Assembly (NCBI GenBank): GCA_017406955.1
Contig: JAFQXM010000003.1
Coordinates: forward strand, 14,527-78,526
From: Bacilli bacterium
GTDB lineage: Bacteria; Bacillota_I; Bacilli_A; RF39; UBA660
Length of the DNA: 64,000 bases
Direction of reading: 5' to 3'
Within the stretch, counting starts at the first letter, position 1; each line of letters opens with the position of its first letter. The notes under the pieces were generated by a model, which was not told the DNA's origin, made no database searches, and saw only the letters and a program-made list of their open reading frames with translations. The position numbers and the translations under genes are program-made. Positions 29,544 through 40,253 of the stretch are shown one piece after another.

Positions 29544-29903
29544 TTATTTGTCTTCTTTAGTACTTTGTCCTCTTTCTTTAATACGGTATGTACCAACCAT
29601 ATTACGTAAGAATGTAAGTTTAGCACGTCTAACTTTACCTTTACGTACTACTTTAATTCCAGCAATCTTTGGTGAGTGAATTGGGAATGTTCTTTCTACT
29701 CCAACTCCACTTGATACTTTACGTACTGTGAAAGTTTCAGAAACTGATCCACCTTTTCTTCCGACTACAACACCTTCAAAAGCTTGAATACGTTCTCTTT
29801 TACCTTCAATGATTTTAACATCTACTCTTACAGTATCTCCAACACGGAATTCTGGAACGTTTGGATTTAATTGTTTTTCATTGATCTTATCAATAACGTT
29901 CAT
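29544..29903 (-). CDS. rplS: 50S ribosomal protein L19
   Basis: [17 protein letters not shown] and GVGVERTFP motifs. Confidence 0.98.
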   Translation of the reverse strand: MNVIDKINEKQLNPNVPEFRVGDTVRVDVKIIEGKRERIQAFEGVVVGRKGGSVSETFTVRKVSSGVGVERTFPIHSPKIAGIKVVRKGKVRRAKLTFLRNMVGTYRIKERGQSTKEDK

Positions 29904-29914
29904 ATAAGTTCTCC

Positions 29915-29975
29915 TCTCTATATTTAAGTTTACAAATGATCATAATTTATAACCAGCGGATCATTCCTCAGACGT
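29915..29975 (-). promoter_or_regulatory. L19 leader-like RNA element
   Basis: Minus strand AATGATCCGCTG...GATCATT hairpin with the TCCGCTG core upstream of rplS. Confidence 0.6.
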
Positions 29976-30009
29976 TTTAAATTATAACATAAAGTAGTTT
30001 TAAAAGCAA

Positions 30010-31035
30010 CTATTTTTTAATATACATAGCATCTCCAAATGAAAAGAATCTATATTTTTCTTTTATTGCCTCATTATATGCATTTAATATATTATTTTTA
30101 CCTGCAAGAGCAGATACTAACATTACTAGTGTTGATTTAGGTAGATGAAAATTAGTAATTAAATTATCTATAGCTTTAAATTTATATCCAGGATAAATAA
30201 ATATATCTGTAAATCCACTACATTCTCTAAATTCATTATATTTGGAGATTATAGTTTCTAACGTTCTGGTTGAGGTTGTTCCTACTGAAATTATATTATG
30301 ATTAGATTCTTTTGTTTTATTTAGAATATCAGCAACTTCACTACTCATAGAATAATATTCACTATGCATTTTATGTTCTTCTATTTTTTCTACTGATACT
30401 GGTCTAAAAGTACCTAGTCCTACATGTAGCGTAATATAACATATATTAATACCTTTTTCTTCTATTTCTTTTAATAATTCTTTTGTAAAGTGAAGTCCTG
30501 CAGTAGGTGCCGCAGCACTTCCTGTTTCTTTAGCATAAACAGTCTGATATCTTGATTGATCAGATAGTTTTTCATGTATATATGGAGGTAGTGGCATAGT
30601 ACCTAAATCTTCTAATATTTCTAAAAATATTCCATCATATAAAAACTCAAAATATCTAATACCTTCATCTTCTACTTTTACACATTTAGCTTTTAATTTA
30701 CCACCAAACGATACTATAGTATCTTCTTTTATTCTTCTAGCAGGTTTTACTAAACATTCCCATAAATCATTTTCTATATTTTTTAAAAGTAATACTTCAA
30801 TAACTGCTTTTGTATCAGTTTTTTCTCCAATTAATCTGGCAGGTAGGACTTTAGTATCATTTAATACTAATGTATCTCCTTTATTTAAATAATTAATTAT
30901 ATCTTTAAAATGTTTATGTTCTATTTTCCCAGTATTTTTATCTAAGACTAAAAGACGAGATGAATCTCGTTTCTTTAATGGAGTTTGTGCAATTAACTCC
31001 TCTGGTAAATTGTAGTCAAATTCTTCTACTTTCAT
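30010..31035 (-). CDS. queA: SAM:tRNA ribosyltransferase-isomerase
   Basis: [29 protein letters not shown] and YRFFSFGD motifs. Confidence 0.97.
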   Translation of the reverse strand: MKVEEFDYNLPEELIAQTPLKKRDSSRLLVLDKNTGKIEHKHFKDIINYLNKGDTLVLNDTKVLPARLIGEKTDTKAVIEVLLLKNIENDLWECLVKPARRIKEDTIVSFGGKLKAKCVKVEDEGIRYFEFLYDGIFLEILEDLGTMPLPPYIHEKLSDQSRYQTVYAKETGSAAAPTAGLHFTKELLKEIEEKGINICYITLHVGLGTFRPVSVEKIEEHKMHSEYYSMSSEVADILNKTKESNHNIISVGTTSTRTLETIISKYNEFRECSGFTDIFIYPGYKFKAIDNLITNFHLPKSTLVMLVSALAGKNNILNAYNEAIKEKYRFFSFGDAMYIKK

Positions 31036-31046
31036 ATTTTTCCTCT

Positions 31047-31643
31047 TTATTTCATTGCTTGATGAAGTGCATCAAATATTTCATCAGCTAAAATTTTATG
31101 TACTTCTTGTACTGGTGTTTCTTGTATATATTTTTTTAGTTCAGATGGAAAAACCTTTCCTTCCTCTATCATTTTATGAGCCACAGTTAAAAGTACTTCT
31201 TTATCAAAGAATGTTTCTCCTTTTTTATTTACTGCATCTATAATATCTTTATTATATATTTTTAATGTTTCATCAAATAAGTATAACTCTGTCATACTCA
31301 TAAAATTACTAAGAATAATTAGTTCTTCTGTAGTTAAATTTTTAATACTATCATAGTAGTTATCTAGCAAAACTGTACTAGTCATAACAGTATTAAGTTT
31401 ACGCACATCAACATCCATGTCTGTATAGGTTTTATCTTTACACTCCTTATCTGACAAATGTGCTATTTCTATAAGTTTTTGTTCTTTTTCTTCATCTAAA
31501 TTCTTGTAATATATAAATCCTGCTTCCATTATTCCGACTTTACAATATTTTTCTAAATCCAAATAATTAGCACTACATATTCCTATTATGTCTTCTTTGG
31601 TTTTTGTATTTTTAAAGTCTATCATTTTTTCACTTACTTTCAT
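31047..31643 (-). CDS. Hypothetical protein
   Basis: 198-aa ORF overlapping the ruvB stop; no motif recognised. Confidence 0.65.
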   Translation of the reverse strand: MKVSEKMIDFKNTKTKEDIIGICSANYLDLEKYCKVGIMEAGFIYYKNLDEEKEQKLIEIAHLSDKECKDKTYTDMDVDVRKLNTVMTSTVLLDNYYDSIKNLTTEELIILSNFMSMTELYLFDETLKIYNKDIIDAVNKKGETFFDKEVLLTVAHKMIEEGKVFPSELKKYIQETPVQEVHKILADEIFDALHQAMK

Positions 31644-32637
31644 TATCTTTTTTTATGCCTAAAACACTATATGCTAGATCTGTTACTACTCTACCCCTAC
31701 TTGTTCTTTTTAATAATCCACTTTGTAGTAAGTATGGTTCATAGACATCTTCTATTGTGGTTACTTCTTCTCCAATAGAACTACTAATAGCATCTACTCC
31801 TACTGGACCACCATTAAATTTATTAATAATAGCTAGTAATAACTCATGATCTGTATTATCTAGTCCTAATTTATCTACTTTTAATCTAGTAAGAGCTTTT
31901 TTAGTAATAGATTTATCTACTTTACCATTTCCTTCTACTAAAGCAAAGTCTCTTACTCTTTTAAATAGACGATTTGCGATACGTGGAGTTCCTCTACTTC
32001 TTTTAGCAAGTTCCCTTGCTGCATCATTATCTATTTCTACTTCTAATACTCTAGCTGTTCTTTTAACTATTTTAATTAATTCTTCTTCTGTATAGAATTG
32101 AAGTTTTGATACTATTCCAAATCTATCTCTTAGTGGAGCAGTTAAATCTCCAGCACGAGTTGTAGCCCCTACTAAAGTAAATGGAGGTAGATCTATTTTT
32201 ATATTTCTACTATTACCTTCATTACCTACAATTATATCTAATGAGAAATCTTCCATTGCTGGATATAATATTTCTTCAATATATCTTGGCATTCTATGTA
32301 TTTCATCAATGAACAATACATCTCCTGGTTCTAAAGATGATAAAATGGCAGCAAGATCTCCACTTTTTTCAATACTAGGTCCACTAGCAGTTTTTATATT
32401 AGTACCTAATTCATGGGCTATTATAAAAGCAAGTGTAGTTTTTCCTAAACCTGGAGGACCATATAATAATACATGGTCAAGTGGTTCTTTTCTTAATTTG
32501 GCAGCTTTAACAAAGACATTAATATTTTCTTTAACATCTTCTTGACCAATATATTCATCTATTGTTTCAGGTCTAATAGTATTATCTAAAATATTATCAT
32601 CTTCTAAAGTATAATTAGTTACAATACTTTCTTCCAT
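31630..32637 (-). CDS. ruvB: Holliday junction branch migration helicase RuvB
   Basis: [23 protein letters not shown] and [10 protein letters not shown] motifs. Confidence 0.98.
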   Translation of the reverse strand: MEESIVTNYTLEDDNILDNTIRPETIDEYIGQEDVKENINVFVKAAKLRKEPLDHVLLYGPPGLGKTTLAFIIAHELGTNIKTASGPSIEKSGDLAAILSSLEPGDVLFIDEIHRMPRYIEEILYPAMEDFSLDIIVGNEGNSRNIKIDLPPFTLVGATTRAGDLTAPLRDRFGIVSKLQFYTEEELIKIVKRTARVLEVEIDNDAARELAKRSRGTPRIANRLFKRVRDFALVEGNGKVDKSITKKALTRLKVDKLGLDNTDHELLLAIINKFNGGPVGVDAISSSIGEEVTTIEDVYEPYLLQSGLLKRTSRGRVVTDLAYSVLGIKKDNESK

Positions 32638-32646
32638 AATAACCTC

Positions 32647-33207
32647 CTATTTTAATAATAGTTTTAGTGCTTCTTTGATTTGTTCTTCTAAAGAATTATC
32701 TTTATTTACTAAAGTAATTACTTTTTTAATTTCTTTTTCTTTATATCCTAAAGCTAGTAATGCTTCAATTAATTCTTCTTCATTCTTATTAACATTATTA
32801 TCTATATCTTTAGATAAAACTAATTTACCTTTAAGATCTAATATAATCTGTCTAGCTAGTTTTTCTCCAATTTTAGGAAATTTCTTTAAGTATAAAATAT
32901 TTTCTCTTTCAATAGCATCTATTATTCCAGAAATAGAACCAGTTGCGAGCATTGGTAAAGCCATCTTAGGCCCTAATCCTTTTACATTAATCAGCTTTAA
33001 GAATAATTCTTTTTCTTCCATAGTTTTAAATCCATATAAACTATCTTCTTCTTCTCTAATATGTTCATATATGTATACTTTTGTTTTTATATCTATTTCA
33101 TATGAATATGGATTAGACACATATATTAAATATCCTATTTCATTATTTTCTAAGACAATAGAATTATTTTTAATATCAGTAACTTTTCCTATTATATAAT
33201 CGAACAT
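32647..33207 (-). CDS. ruvA: Holliday junction DNA-binding protein RuvA
   Basis: MFDYIIG, LYGF and VKGLGPK motifs; upstream of ruvB. Confidence 0.96.
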   Translation of the reverse strand: MFDYIIGKVTDIKNNSIVLENNEIGYLIYVSNPYSYEIDIKTKVYIYEHIREEEDSLYGFKTMEEKELFLKLINVKGLGPKMALPMLATGSISGIIDAIERENILYLKKFPKIGEKLARQIILDLKGKLVLSKDIDNNVNKNEEELIEALLALGYKEKEIKKVITLVNKDNSLEEQIKEALKLLLK

Positions 33208-33273
33208 ATTAATCAACTCCATACTTATTATATAATAATTATAAAACTTGTGCAATCGAACAAAAAAAGAAGA

Positions 33274-33996
33274 TTAATCTTCTTTTAGATTATAATATAC
33301 ATCTTGTACATCATCTAGGTCTTCTAAAGTATCTACTAATTTATTAACCTTTTCTATTTGTTCTTCATTAAGTTCTACTTCTATATTAGGAATATATGTA
33401 AGTTCACATTCTAAGAACTCTTTTACATTCTCACTTTCTAGAGCTTCTTTCACATTAGTAAAGCTTGCCTCATCTGTGGTAATTATGTAATTATCTCCTA
33501 TTTTTTCAAAATCTTCTGCTCCGGCATCTAAAGCAGCCATCATCATAGTATCTTCATCATATTCTCCTGGTATTACAATAGATCCTTTTTTATTAAACAT
33601 ATAACTAACTGATCCATCTGTTCCTAGGTTACCACCAGATTTAGTAAAAGCACTACGTACAAATGATGCAGTTCTATTTCTATTATCAGTTAAACAATCA
33701 ACCATAAAAGCTACTCCATTAGGTCCATAACCTTCATATCTTATACTTTCATAATTTTCTCCTTCAGTTCCACCTTTTGCTTTATCTATAGCTTTTTGTA
33801 TTTTATCTTTAGACATATTTTGAGCTTTAGCTTTATCTACTACCATACGAAGTGATGCGTTTTGATCAGGATCAGGTGCACCTGACTTAGCTGCGACATA
33901 TATTTCTTTAGCCAATTTTTGAAAAACTTTACCACGTGCAGCATCTATTAATCCTTTTTTTCTATGTATAGTTGCCCATTTAGAATGTCCACTCAT
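33274..33996 (-). CDS. yebC: YebC/PmpR family protein
   Basis: MSGHSKW, YEGYGP and TDNRNRT motifs. Confidence 0.95.
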   Translation of the reverse strand: MSGHSKWATIHRKKGLIDAARGKVFQKLAKEIYVAAKSGAPDPDQNASLRMVVDKAKAQNMSKDKIQKAIDKAKGGTEGENYESIRYEGYGPNGVAFMVDCLTDNRNRTASFVRSAFTKSGGNLGTDGSVSYMFNKKGSIVIPGEYDEDTMMMAALDAGAEDFEKIGDNYIITTDEASFTNVKEALESENVKEFLECELTYIPNIEVELNEEQIEKVNKLVDTLEDLDDVQDVYYNLKED

Positions 33997-34057
33997 TACA
34001 ATCCCTCCATTCACGTATATAATATCATATTTTAACTTATTATTAAAGAAAAAGAGT

Positions 34058-35431
34058 CTATTTATTAAACTCTTCTACTTTGTCTGTAAATTCTTTTTGT
34101 ATTTCATCTAATCTTTCTTTAGTAGTAGCTTCAAATCTTAATGTTAGATTTGGTCCAGTATTAGACGTTCTAATAAGAGCCCAACTATCTGGAAATTCTA
34201 CTCTAGCGCCATCCATATCTAAATAATTATATCCTTTTTCTTTAACATATTCTATTACTTTATTTACTACTTCAAATTTCTTTTCATCAGGGGAAGCTAC
34301 TTTTATTTCTGGAGTAGAATAATATTCATTAATTTCTTCTAGTAACTCATCTAGTGTTTTATCAGTATTAGATAATATTTCTACTACTCTAAGCCCTGCA
34401 TATAGTCCTGAATCAAATCCTGGCCATCTATCTCTAAAATAAACATGTCCTGATAATTCTCCTCCAAATGGTAAGTCTAAATCTCTAGTAGCTGCTTTTG
34501 TATATGAATTACCACTCCTATAACAGATACCTTTAGCTCCTAGTTTTTCTATTTCATCTTTTAATGCCTTAGAACATTTTATATCATATAAAAACTCTTT
34601 CTTTGCTACTTTATCTATCATATCTCTAATAAATAAAATCATATATCTATCTGTTGGGATAAATTTACCACTATTAGTAATTAATCCCATTCTATCTCCA
34701 TCTCCATCAAAACCTAATCCAACGTCAGCTTGTTCTTCTAATACTTTTTGTTTTAATCCATCTAAATTATCTTCAACACATGGATCTGGATGATGATTTG
34801 GAAAGTTTCCATTACTTTCTCCATTTATTTCTATTAAATTTATTGGAAATTCATTAAATAATTCTTTTGCGATAATTGAAGTAGTTCCATTACCTGGATC
34901 TATTACTACTTTAACTCTTCTTTCTCCAAAGTTTAGACTTTCTTTGAATAGTTTTATATAATCATTCGCAATTATATAATCTACTACTTTACCTTCTCCA
35001 CTAGAGAAGTTTCCTCTTACTATATAATTTAGAAAGTCTTGTATTTCTTGTCCTTTACAATTACCAGACTCATCAAATGCAAACTTTAATCCATTATCAT
35101 CTTTAGGATTATGAGAAGCAGTTACCATTACACCACTATATATTTTAAGTTTTATACAAGCATAATAATACATAGGAGTTGTACATAAACCTAACGCTAT
35201 TATATCTATTCCAGTTTCAGTAATACCTTTAATTAAAGCTTTATATAAAGAAGGACTACTAAGTCTATTATCATGGCCAACTATACATTTAGTCTTACCT
35301 AATTCTTTTATATAACTACCAAATCCTAAACCAATAGTATAGACTGTATCTTCATCTAATTCAGTTGGATATATTCCTCTAATATCATATCCTCTAAATA
35401 TATTCCTATTTATATCTTTTTTTATTTCCAC
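34058..35431 (-). CDS. Phosphomannomutase/phosphoglucomutase
   Basis: FRGYDIRG, TASHNP, DGDGDR and GELSGH motifs. Confidence 0.93.
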   Translation of the reverse strand: MEIKKDINRNIFRGYDIRGIYPTELDEDTVYTIGLGFGSYIKELGKTKCIVGHDNRLSSPSLYKALIKGITETGIDIIALGLCTTPMYYYACIKLKIYSGVMVTASHNPKDDNGLKFAFDESGNCKGQEIQDFLNYIVRGNFSSGEGKVVDYIIANDYIKLFKESLNFGERRVKVVIDPGNGTTSIIAKELFNEFPINLIEINGESNGNFPNHHPDPCVEDNLDGLKQKVLEEQADVGLGFDGDGDRMGLITNSGKFIPTDRYMILFIRDMIDKVAKKEFLYDIKCSKALKDEIEKLGAKGICYRSGNSYTKAATRDLDLPFGGELSGHVYFRDRWPGFDSGLYAGLRVVEILSNTDKTLDELLEEINEYYSTPEIKVASPDEKKFEVVNKVIEYVKEKGYNYLDMDGARVEFPDSWALIRTSNTGPNLTLRFEATTKERLDEIQKEFTDKVEEFNK

Positions 35432-36143
35432 TTTTCTTGCCTTCTTTCCTTTTTTTCTTTATTCTTTTTAACTCTCTATTAAAATCTTTTAATATATTGG
35501 TATATTTAATATTTGGGAATGCATCAATAAGTCTACTAGTAAGCGTAACGTTTTTATTAATTGCTTTCATTATATCTTGTTTTAACTCCATTGTTGAATC
35601 TTTATTAGTATATTTATCTACATTAATCTTTAATTTATAAATAATATAAGTAGACTCTACTAAATCAATAATAAAAGCTATTAGTATAATAGTACCAATT
35701 AAATATATATTTATCATTGGTATTGAATTAATAAAACTTATTAATAAGGGATTTATAAACTTAACTATTAATATTCCACCAAAACCAAAAATAAGTCCAT
35801 TTTCTAGACATACTCTGCCATTAATATTAAATTTTCTATCTGAATAATCCCACCAACGAAGTTTAAATATTTTTTCCATTACTAAACTAGTCATATATTC
35901 AAGTATTATACATATAACTATACTCATTATAAATAAGGCAATCATGTCTTTTTTATATTTATCTAAAATAGTTGTAGTAAGTAGCGTACCTACTCCATAT
36001 ATTGGAATCCATGGACCAATTAAATATCCTCTACTTAGTACTAGTCTCTTCTCTTTACTACTAACTGATATTATTTCTGTTATATATCCTATAGTAGAAT
36101 ATAGTATAAATAATAAAAACATTCTTAAAAAGTTATATATCAT
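35406..36143 (-). CDS. Putative ABC transporter permease (CmpB/DUF1113-like membrane protein)
   Basis: RGYLIGPWIPIYG and RWWDYS...NINGRVCL motifs. Confidence 0.8.
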   Translation of the reverse strand: MIYNFLRMFLLFILYSTIGYITEIISVSSKEKRLVLSRGYLIGPWIPIYGVGTLLTTTILDKYKKDMIALFIMSIVICIILEYMTSLVMEKIFKLRWWDYSDRKFNINGRVCLENGLIFGFGGILIVKFINPLLISFINSIPMINIYLIGTIILIAFIIDLVESTYIIYKLKINVDKYTNKDSTMELKQDIMKAINKNVTLTSRLIDAFPNIKYTNILKDFNRELKRIKKKRKEGKKSGNKKRYK

Positions 36144-36234
36144 ACTACACCTCTATAATATATATTAATATAAATAAAATTATATGTAAATAAAACAACT
36201 GTTAAATACAGTTGCTTATACAAATATTGACATT

Positions 36235-37065
36235 TTATAATAGTATTATTACTAATAATCCTATTATTAAACAATATATAGAAAAATATATTAACTTTCC
36301 TTCTTTTACTATTTTAGCAAACCACTTAGTAAATATATATGTAAATATACCGGCTATAATAGCAGAAATAATATATAGTATCCAAGTAGTACTACTTATT
36401 GATATTTCTATTAAATCTTTTACTCCTAGTATTGTAGTTGCAATTGAAATTGGTATATATAAAAGAAATGAAAAATTAAAAGCTTCTTCTCTTTTTAATC
36501 CTTGAAACATACCACCTACTATAGTAGCACCACTTCTACTAATACCTGGTATTACACTAACCATTTGATATAATCCTATAATTATAGAATCTTTAAAACT
36601 TATTTGGTCTTTAGACTTTTTACCTTTAAAATTTCTAATTAAAAATAAGAAAATTGAAGTAATTATTAATGTAATTCCAATAAATTTTATATTTTTTTCT
36701 AATGTTTCTAATAAATCTATTTTAGTTGCAATTATCCCAAATATTCCAGCAGGTATAGTTGCCACTACTAATTTCCAAGAATATAAATATCCTTTTTTAG
36801 TATCTTTTCTTGTTTCTTTAGTAAAAATATAAGAAAAGAAATCTTTGATTAATTTAACTATATCATTCCAATATATTATTACAATAGCAATTAAACTACC
36901 AAAGTTTGTAATAACTGCTAAAGTTTCAAAATCAACATTTATACTCTGATTAAGATTTTTTAATATTGTTTGTAGTATTAAAATATGACCACTACTAGAT
37001 ACTGGGATAGGTTCAGTTATACCTTGTAATAATCCTAAAAATATATATGTAATTAAATTTATCAT
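36235..37065 (-). CDS. uppP: Undecaprenyl-diphosphatase BacA/UppP
   Basis: QGITEPIPVSSSGH and PGISRSG motifs. Confidence 0.95.
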   Translation of the reverse strand: MINLITYIFLGLLQGITEPIPVSSSGHILILQTILKNLNQSINVDFETLAVITNFGSLIAIVIIYWNDIVKLIKDFFSYIFTKETRKDTKKGYLYSWKLVVATIPAGIFGIIATKIDLLETLEKNIKFIGITLIITSIFLFLIRNFKGKKSKDQISFKDSIIIGLYQMVSVIPGISRSGATIVGGMFQGLKREEAFNFSFLLYIPISIATTILGVKDLIEISISSTTWILYIISAIIAGIFTYIFTKWFAKIVKEGKLIYFSIYCLIIGLLVIILL

Positions 37066-37905
37066 TTATTCATCTCCTAGCTTATATCCAATAAATGTTG
37101 AAATTATAAATAAAATTATTCCTATTAATACTTGTATGATAGAAATATTTACTCCAAATAAACTATATCCTAGTGTAAAAATACTAGCTATTATAAATCC
37201 TAATATTGCATAATATGTTGATACTTCATAGTGATTAAATAAATATTCTAATACTTTAGCTACTAATACTATACCCATAACTACACCTAAACCAAATGGT
37301 ATTAAAATAGCTAAATTATTCCCTAGTAAACTAAAATCAGTTAATTTACTAACAGTATTAACAATTGGTTTATAAAATCCAAGTAACATAAGTACAAAAG
37401 ATCCACTTACTCCTGGAATAACCATAGTAGCAGCAGCTATCATTCCTACTAGAAACAGTATTATATACATTCCCATATTCATATTAGAAAGTGATACTAC
37501 ATTATTTCCCTCTTTCATAAAAGCCATTCCTATTATTAGAGAAAATGTTAATAGAAATAATATTATATTTATTGGTTTAATTTTACTATTTTTAACTTTC
37601 TTGGTAAGTAATGGTATTCCACCTATTATTAATCCCATAAAGAATAATGTTGTTGGAAAAGGATATTTATCTAAGCAAAAACTTATTAATTTACTCATTA
37701 CTAATATAGAAATAATAGCTCCTATACCAAATGGTATTAAAAAATTTAAACTTTTCCTTAAATCTTTGAAAAAATGACTAATTATGTCAATCATTTCTTC
37801 ATATACACCCATAGTAATAGCAATTGTTCCCCCACTTACTCCTGGAATAATATTAGCTATTCCAAAGAAAAAACCTTTTATTACTAAAATTAATTTATCT
37901 TTCAT
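37066..37905 (-). CDS. DUF368 family undecaprenyl-phosphate translocase
   Basis: Two IPGVSG repeats in a multi-TM protein. Confidence 0.88.
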   Translation of the reverse strand: MKDKLILVIKGFFFGIANIIPGVSGGTIAITMGVYEEMIDIISHFFKDLRKSLNFLIPFGIGAIISILVMSKLISFCLDKYPFPTTLFFMGLIIGGIPLLTKKVKNSKIKPINIILFLLTFSLIIGMAFMKEGNNVVSLSNMNMGMYIILFLVGMIAAATMVIPGVSGSFVLMLLGFYKPIVNTVSKLTDFSLLGNNLAILIPFGLGVVMGIVLVAKVLEYLFNHYEVSTYYAILGFIIASIFTLGYSLFGVNISIIQVLIGIILFIISTFIGYKLGDE

Positions 37906-37915
37906 AATATATCTC

Positions 37916-39535
37916 CTAACTTTCAAAGATGTCCATAATTAATGGTACAACATGTTTTTTTCTAGATATACATCCTGATATAAAATATCCTTCTTTTACA
38001 TGTTCTTTTTCATATGCAATATCTATAATATCTTGTCCTTTACTATTAAATATTACATAACTTCCTTTTTTTATTATATCAGTAACATATAAAGCTATTA
38101 AATTATAATTATTAGCTTCACTTTCGTTATCTAATATTTTTACATATTCACATAAATCTTTTTTGATATCATTAAAATTCATTGTAAAAAATTGTCCTAT
38201 TGCGAATGTTTTATCATTTACTTTATACAATTTAAAATCATTATATAAGACATCTTCTTTACTCATACCTTCTAAGGAAGTACCTGCCTTTAACATATCT
38301 AATCCATACTTTTCATAGTCTACTCCTGCTATTTTAGATAAATTTCTAACTGCTTCTATATCTAATTTAGTAGCAGTTGGACTCTTTAATACTAGTGTAT
38401 CTGATAAAATACCAGAAAGTAATGCTCCTGCAATATATTTAGGCATTGCTACTTTTCTTTCTTTAAATAATTCATATACTATTGTACATGTAGATCCAAC
38501 TGACATATTTCTAAAATTAATTGGACTATTAGTTGTTAAATTACCTAAATTATGATGATCTATTATTTCTAAGATATTAGCTTCTTCTAATCCTTCAATA
38601 CTTTGAATTCTTTCATTATGATCTACTAATATAACATTTTTTGGTTCTTTATCACTCAAATCTGTTAATCTAAGTAATCCTAAACACTTATTCTTTTTAT
38701 TAACTACCGGGTAATTAGTATGTTTTAATTTATTATTTATTTCTAATATATTATCTACAAATTCTGTATCTTCAAACCTAGTAGGATTATAACTTCTAAT
38801 CATAGTTTTAATATAATTAGTATATGCTACTAGCTTTGCAATATGATATGAATCATATTTTGTCTTTATAATATTAACTTTATTCTTTTTAGCTAATTCT
38901 ATATGTCTTTGTTTAATATTAGCACTATTAGATAATATTATTAATTTAACTGATGATTTAATAGCATATTCTATTATATTATCTCTATCACCAACTATTA
39001 ATATATTGTTGCTCTCTAATTTTACACTTTCCATAAAAGTTGCACTTTTATATGTAGCCGCTAATATTTTACCTACTATTTCTTTATCAAATTTTAGTAT
39101 TTTTTCACCTTTTAATACTTTCATTAAATTATCATAGGAAGTATATAAATCTTCAGAATCACCATTAATAATCATATGTGATAAATCCTTAATTGTAATT
39201 AATCCAACAAAGTTTTTATCATCGTCCACTATAGGTATACCTGTTAATCCTTCTTTTAACATTTTCTGATATCCATCATAAATAGATCCTGTTTCTTTAA
39301 TATAAAAATTTTTATGGTAATTTACATCTTTTAATTGTAATTTAACATCATTTAAATATCTTGGTTCTTTTAATCCAAAATAGTTTATTGCATATTTAGT
39401 TTCTTTGTTAATAGAACCAATAACTCTAGGTTCTGTATTATCACCTAATTTGTTTTTTAAATATGATAATCCAATAGCTGACATTACTGCGTCTGTATCT
39501 GGTTTTCTGTGACCAAAAATATAAGTTTTTTTCAT
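37916..39535 (-). CDS. ppaC: Mn-dependent inorganic pyrophosphatase with CBS/DRTGG domains
   Basis: GHRKPDTD, LVDHNE, IDHH and ILSDT motifs; internal CBS region and VGDR. Confidence 0.92.
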   Translation of the reverse strand: MKKTYIFGHRKPDTDAVMSAIGLSYLKNKLGDNTEPRVIGSINKETKYAINYFGLKEPRYLNDVKLQLKDVNYHKNFYIKETGSIYDGYQKMLKEGLTGIPIVDDDKNFVGLITIKDLSHMIINGDSEDLYTSYDNLMKVLKGEKILKFDKEIVGKILAATYKSATFMESVKLESNNILIVGDRDNIIEYAIKSSVKLIILSNSANIKQRHIELAKKNKVNIIKTKYDSYHIAKLVAYTNYIKTMIRSYNPTRFEDTEFVDNILEINNKLKHTNYPVVNKKNKCLGLLRLTDLSDKEPKNVILVDHNERIQSIEGLEEANILEIIDHHNLGNLTTNSPINFRNMSVGSTCTIVYELFKERKVAMPKYIAGALLSGILSDTLVLKSPTATKLDIEAVRNLSKIAGVDYEKYGLDMLKAGTSLEGMSKEDVLYNDFKLYKVNDKTFAIGQFFTMNFNDIKKDLCEYVKILDNESEANNYNLIALYVTDIIKKGSYVIFNSKGQDIIDIAYEKEHVKEGYFISGCISRKKHVVPLIMDIFES

Positions 39536-39597
39536 AATATCACTCTTCCTTTATAATTTTAAAAATATATAGAAAAAAAAGATAACTACAATTAAAA

Positions 39598-40101
39598 TTA
39601 TCTCATTCTTATAATATTAACTAGTAAGATAAGCATAAAAGATGTTGCGGCACGCATTTCTTTCTTTAAACTATAATATTTCTCATATATAGCAGAAAAA
39701 TCATCTACTATATCAACTATCCAGCTTTCAATATATTTTGGTGGTGTAAAAGTAATAGGAAACATATGTGTCTTAATTATATCTTTCTGCCTATCAGTTA
39801 AGTCAAAATATTTACTAGCATTATTAACTGCATGGTTTGGATGACGTCTAAGTTTCATTAAAGAATTCTCTTCTTCAACTTCATCTACAAAAAAATCATG
39901 AAGTAATGCAGCCTCTGTTGTTTCTTTATAATTTAAATGTAATATTTTAGAAATTTTATAAGAAAAATATGCAACTCTTAAAGAATGATCAAATCTTGAT
40001 ATTCCATGATGAGCAACACTTTTTAATTTTCTAAATTCTTTATTATCTATAATAGGCTTTATAATACCTTCAAATTCTTTATCTATATCATTATTATTCA
40101 T
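39598..40101 (-). CDS. HD domain phosphohydrolase
   Basis: HH..SRFDHS, ALLHDF and HMFP motifs. Confidence 0.85.
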   Translation of the reverse strand: MNNNDIDKEFEGIIKPIIDNKEFRKLKSVAHHGISRFDHSLRVAYFSYKISKILHLNYKETTEAALLHDFFVDEVEEENSLMKLRRHPNHAVNNASKYFDLTDRQKDIIKTHMFPITFTPPKYIESWIVDIVDDFSAIYEKYYSLKKEMRAATSFMLILLVNIIRMR

Positions 40102-40253
40102 ACTAACATCCCTTACTATAATACTATGTGTATTGTACTATCTAATGATATCATATAAAATATAGTATCAGCAATAAACTATATAATATAACATTACTTA
40201 GTAGACAAAATTTTACACGCAAAAACAGATATAGTTTATCATATAAAAATTTA

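Noticed and set aside
3659-32637. Mollicute-type UGA=Trp recoding suggested by the low GC
   Set aside because: rel, rnhB and ruvB end at TGA at the expected lengths, and conserved Trp residues are TGG.
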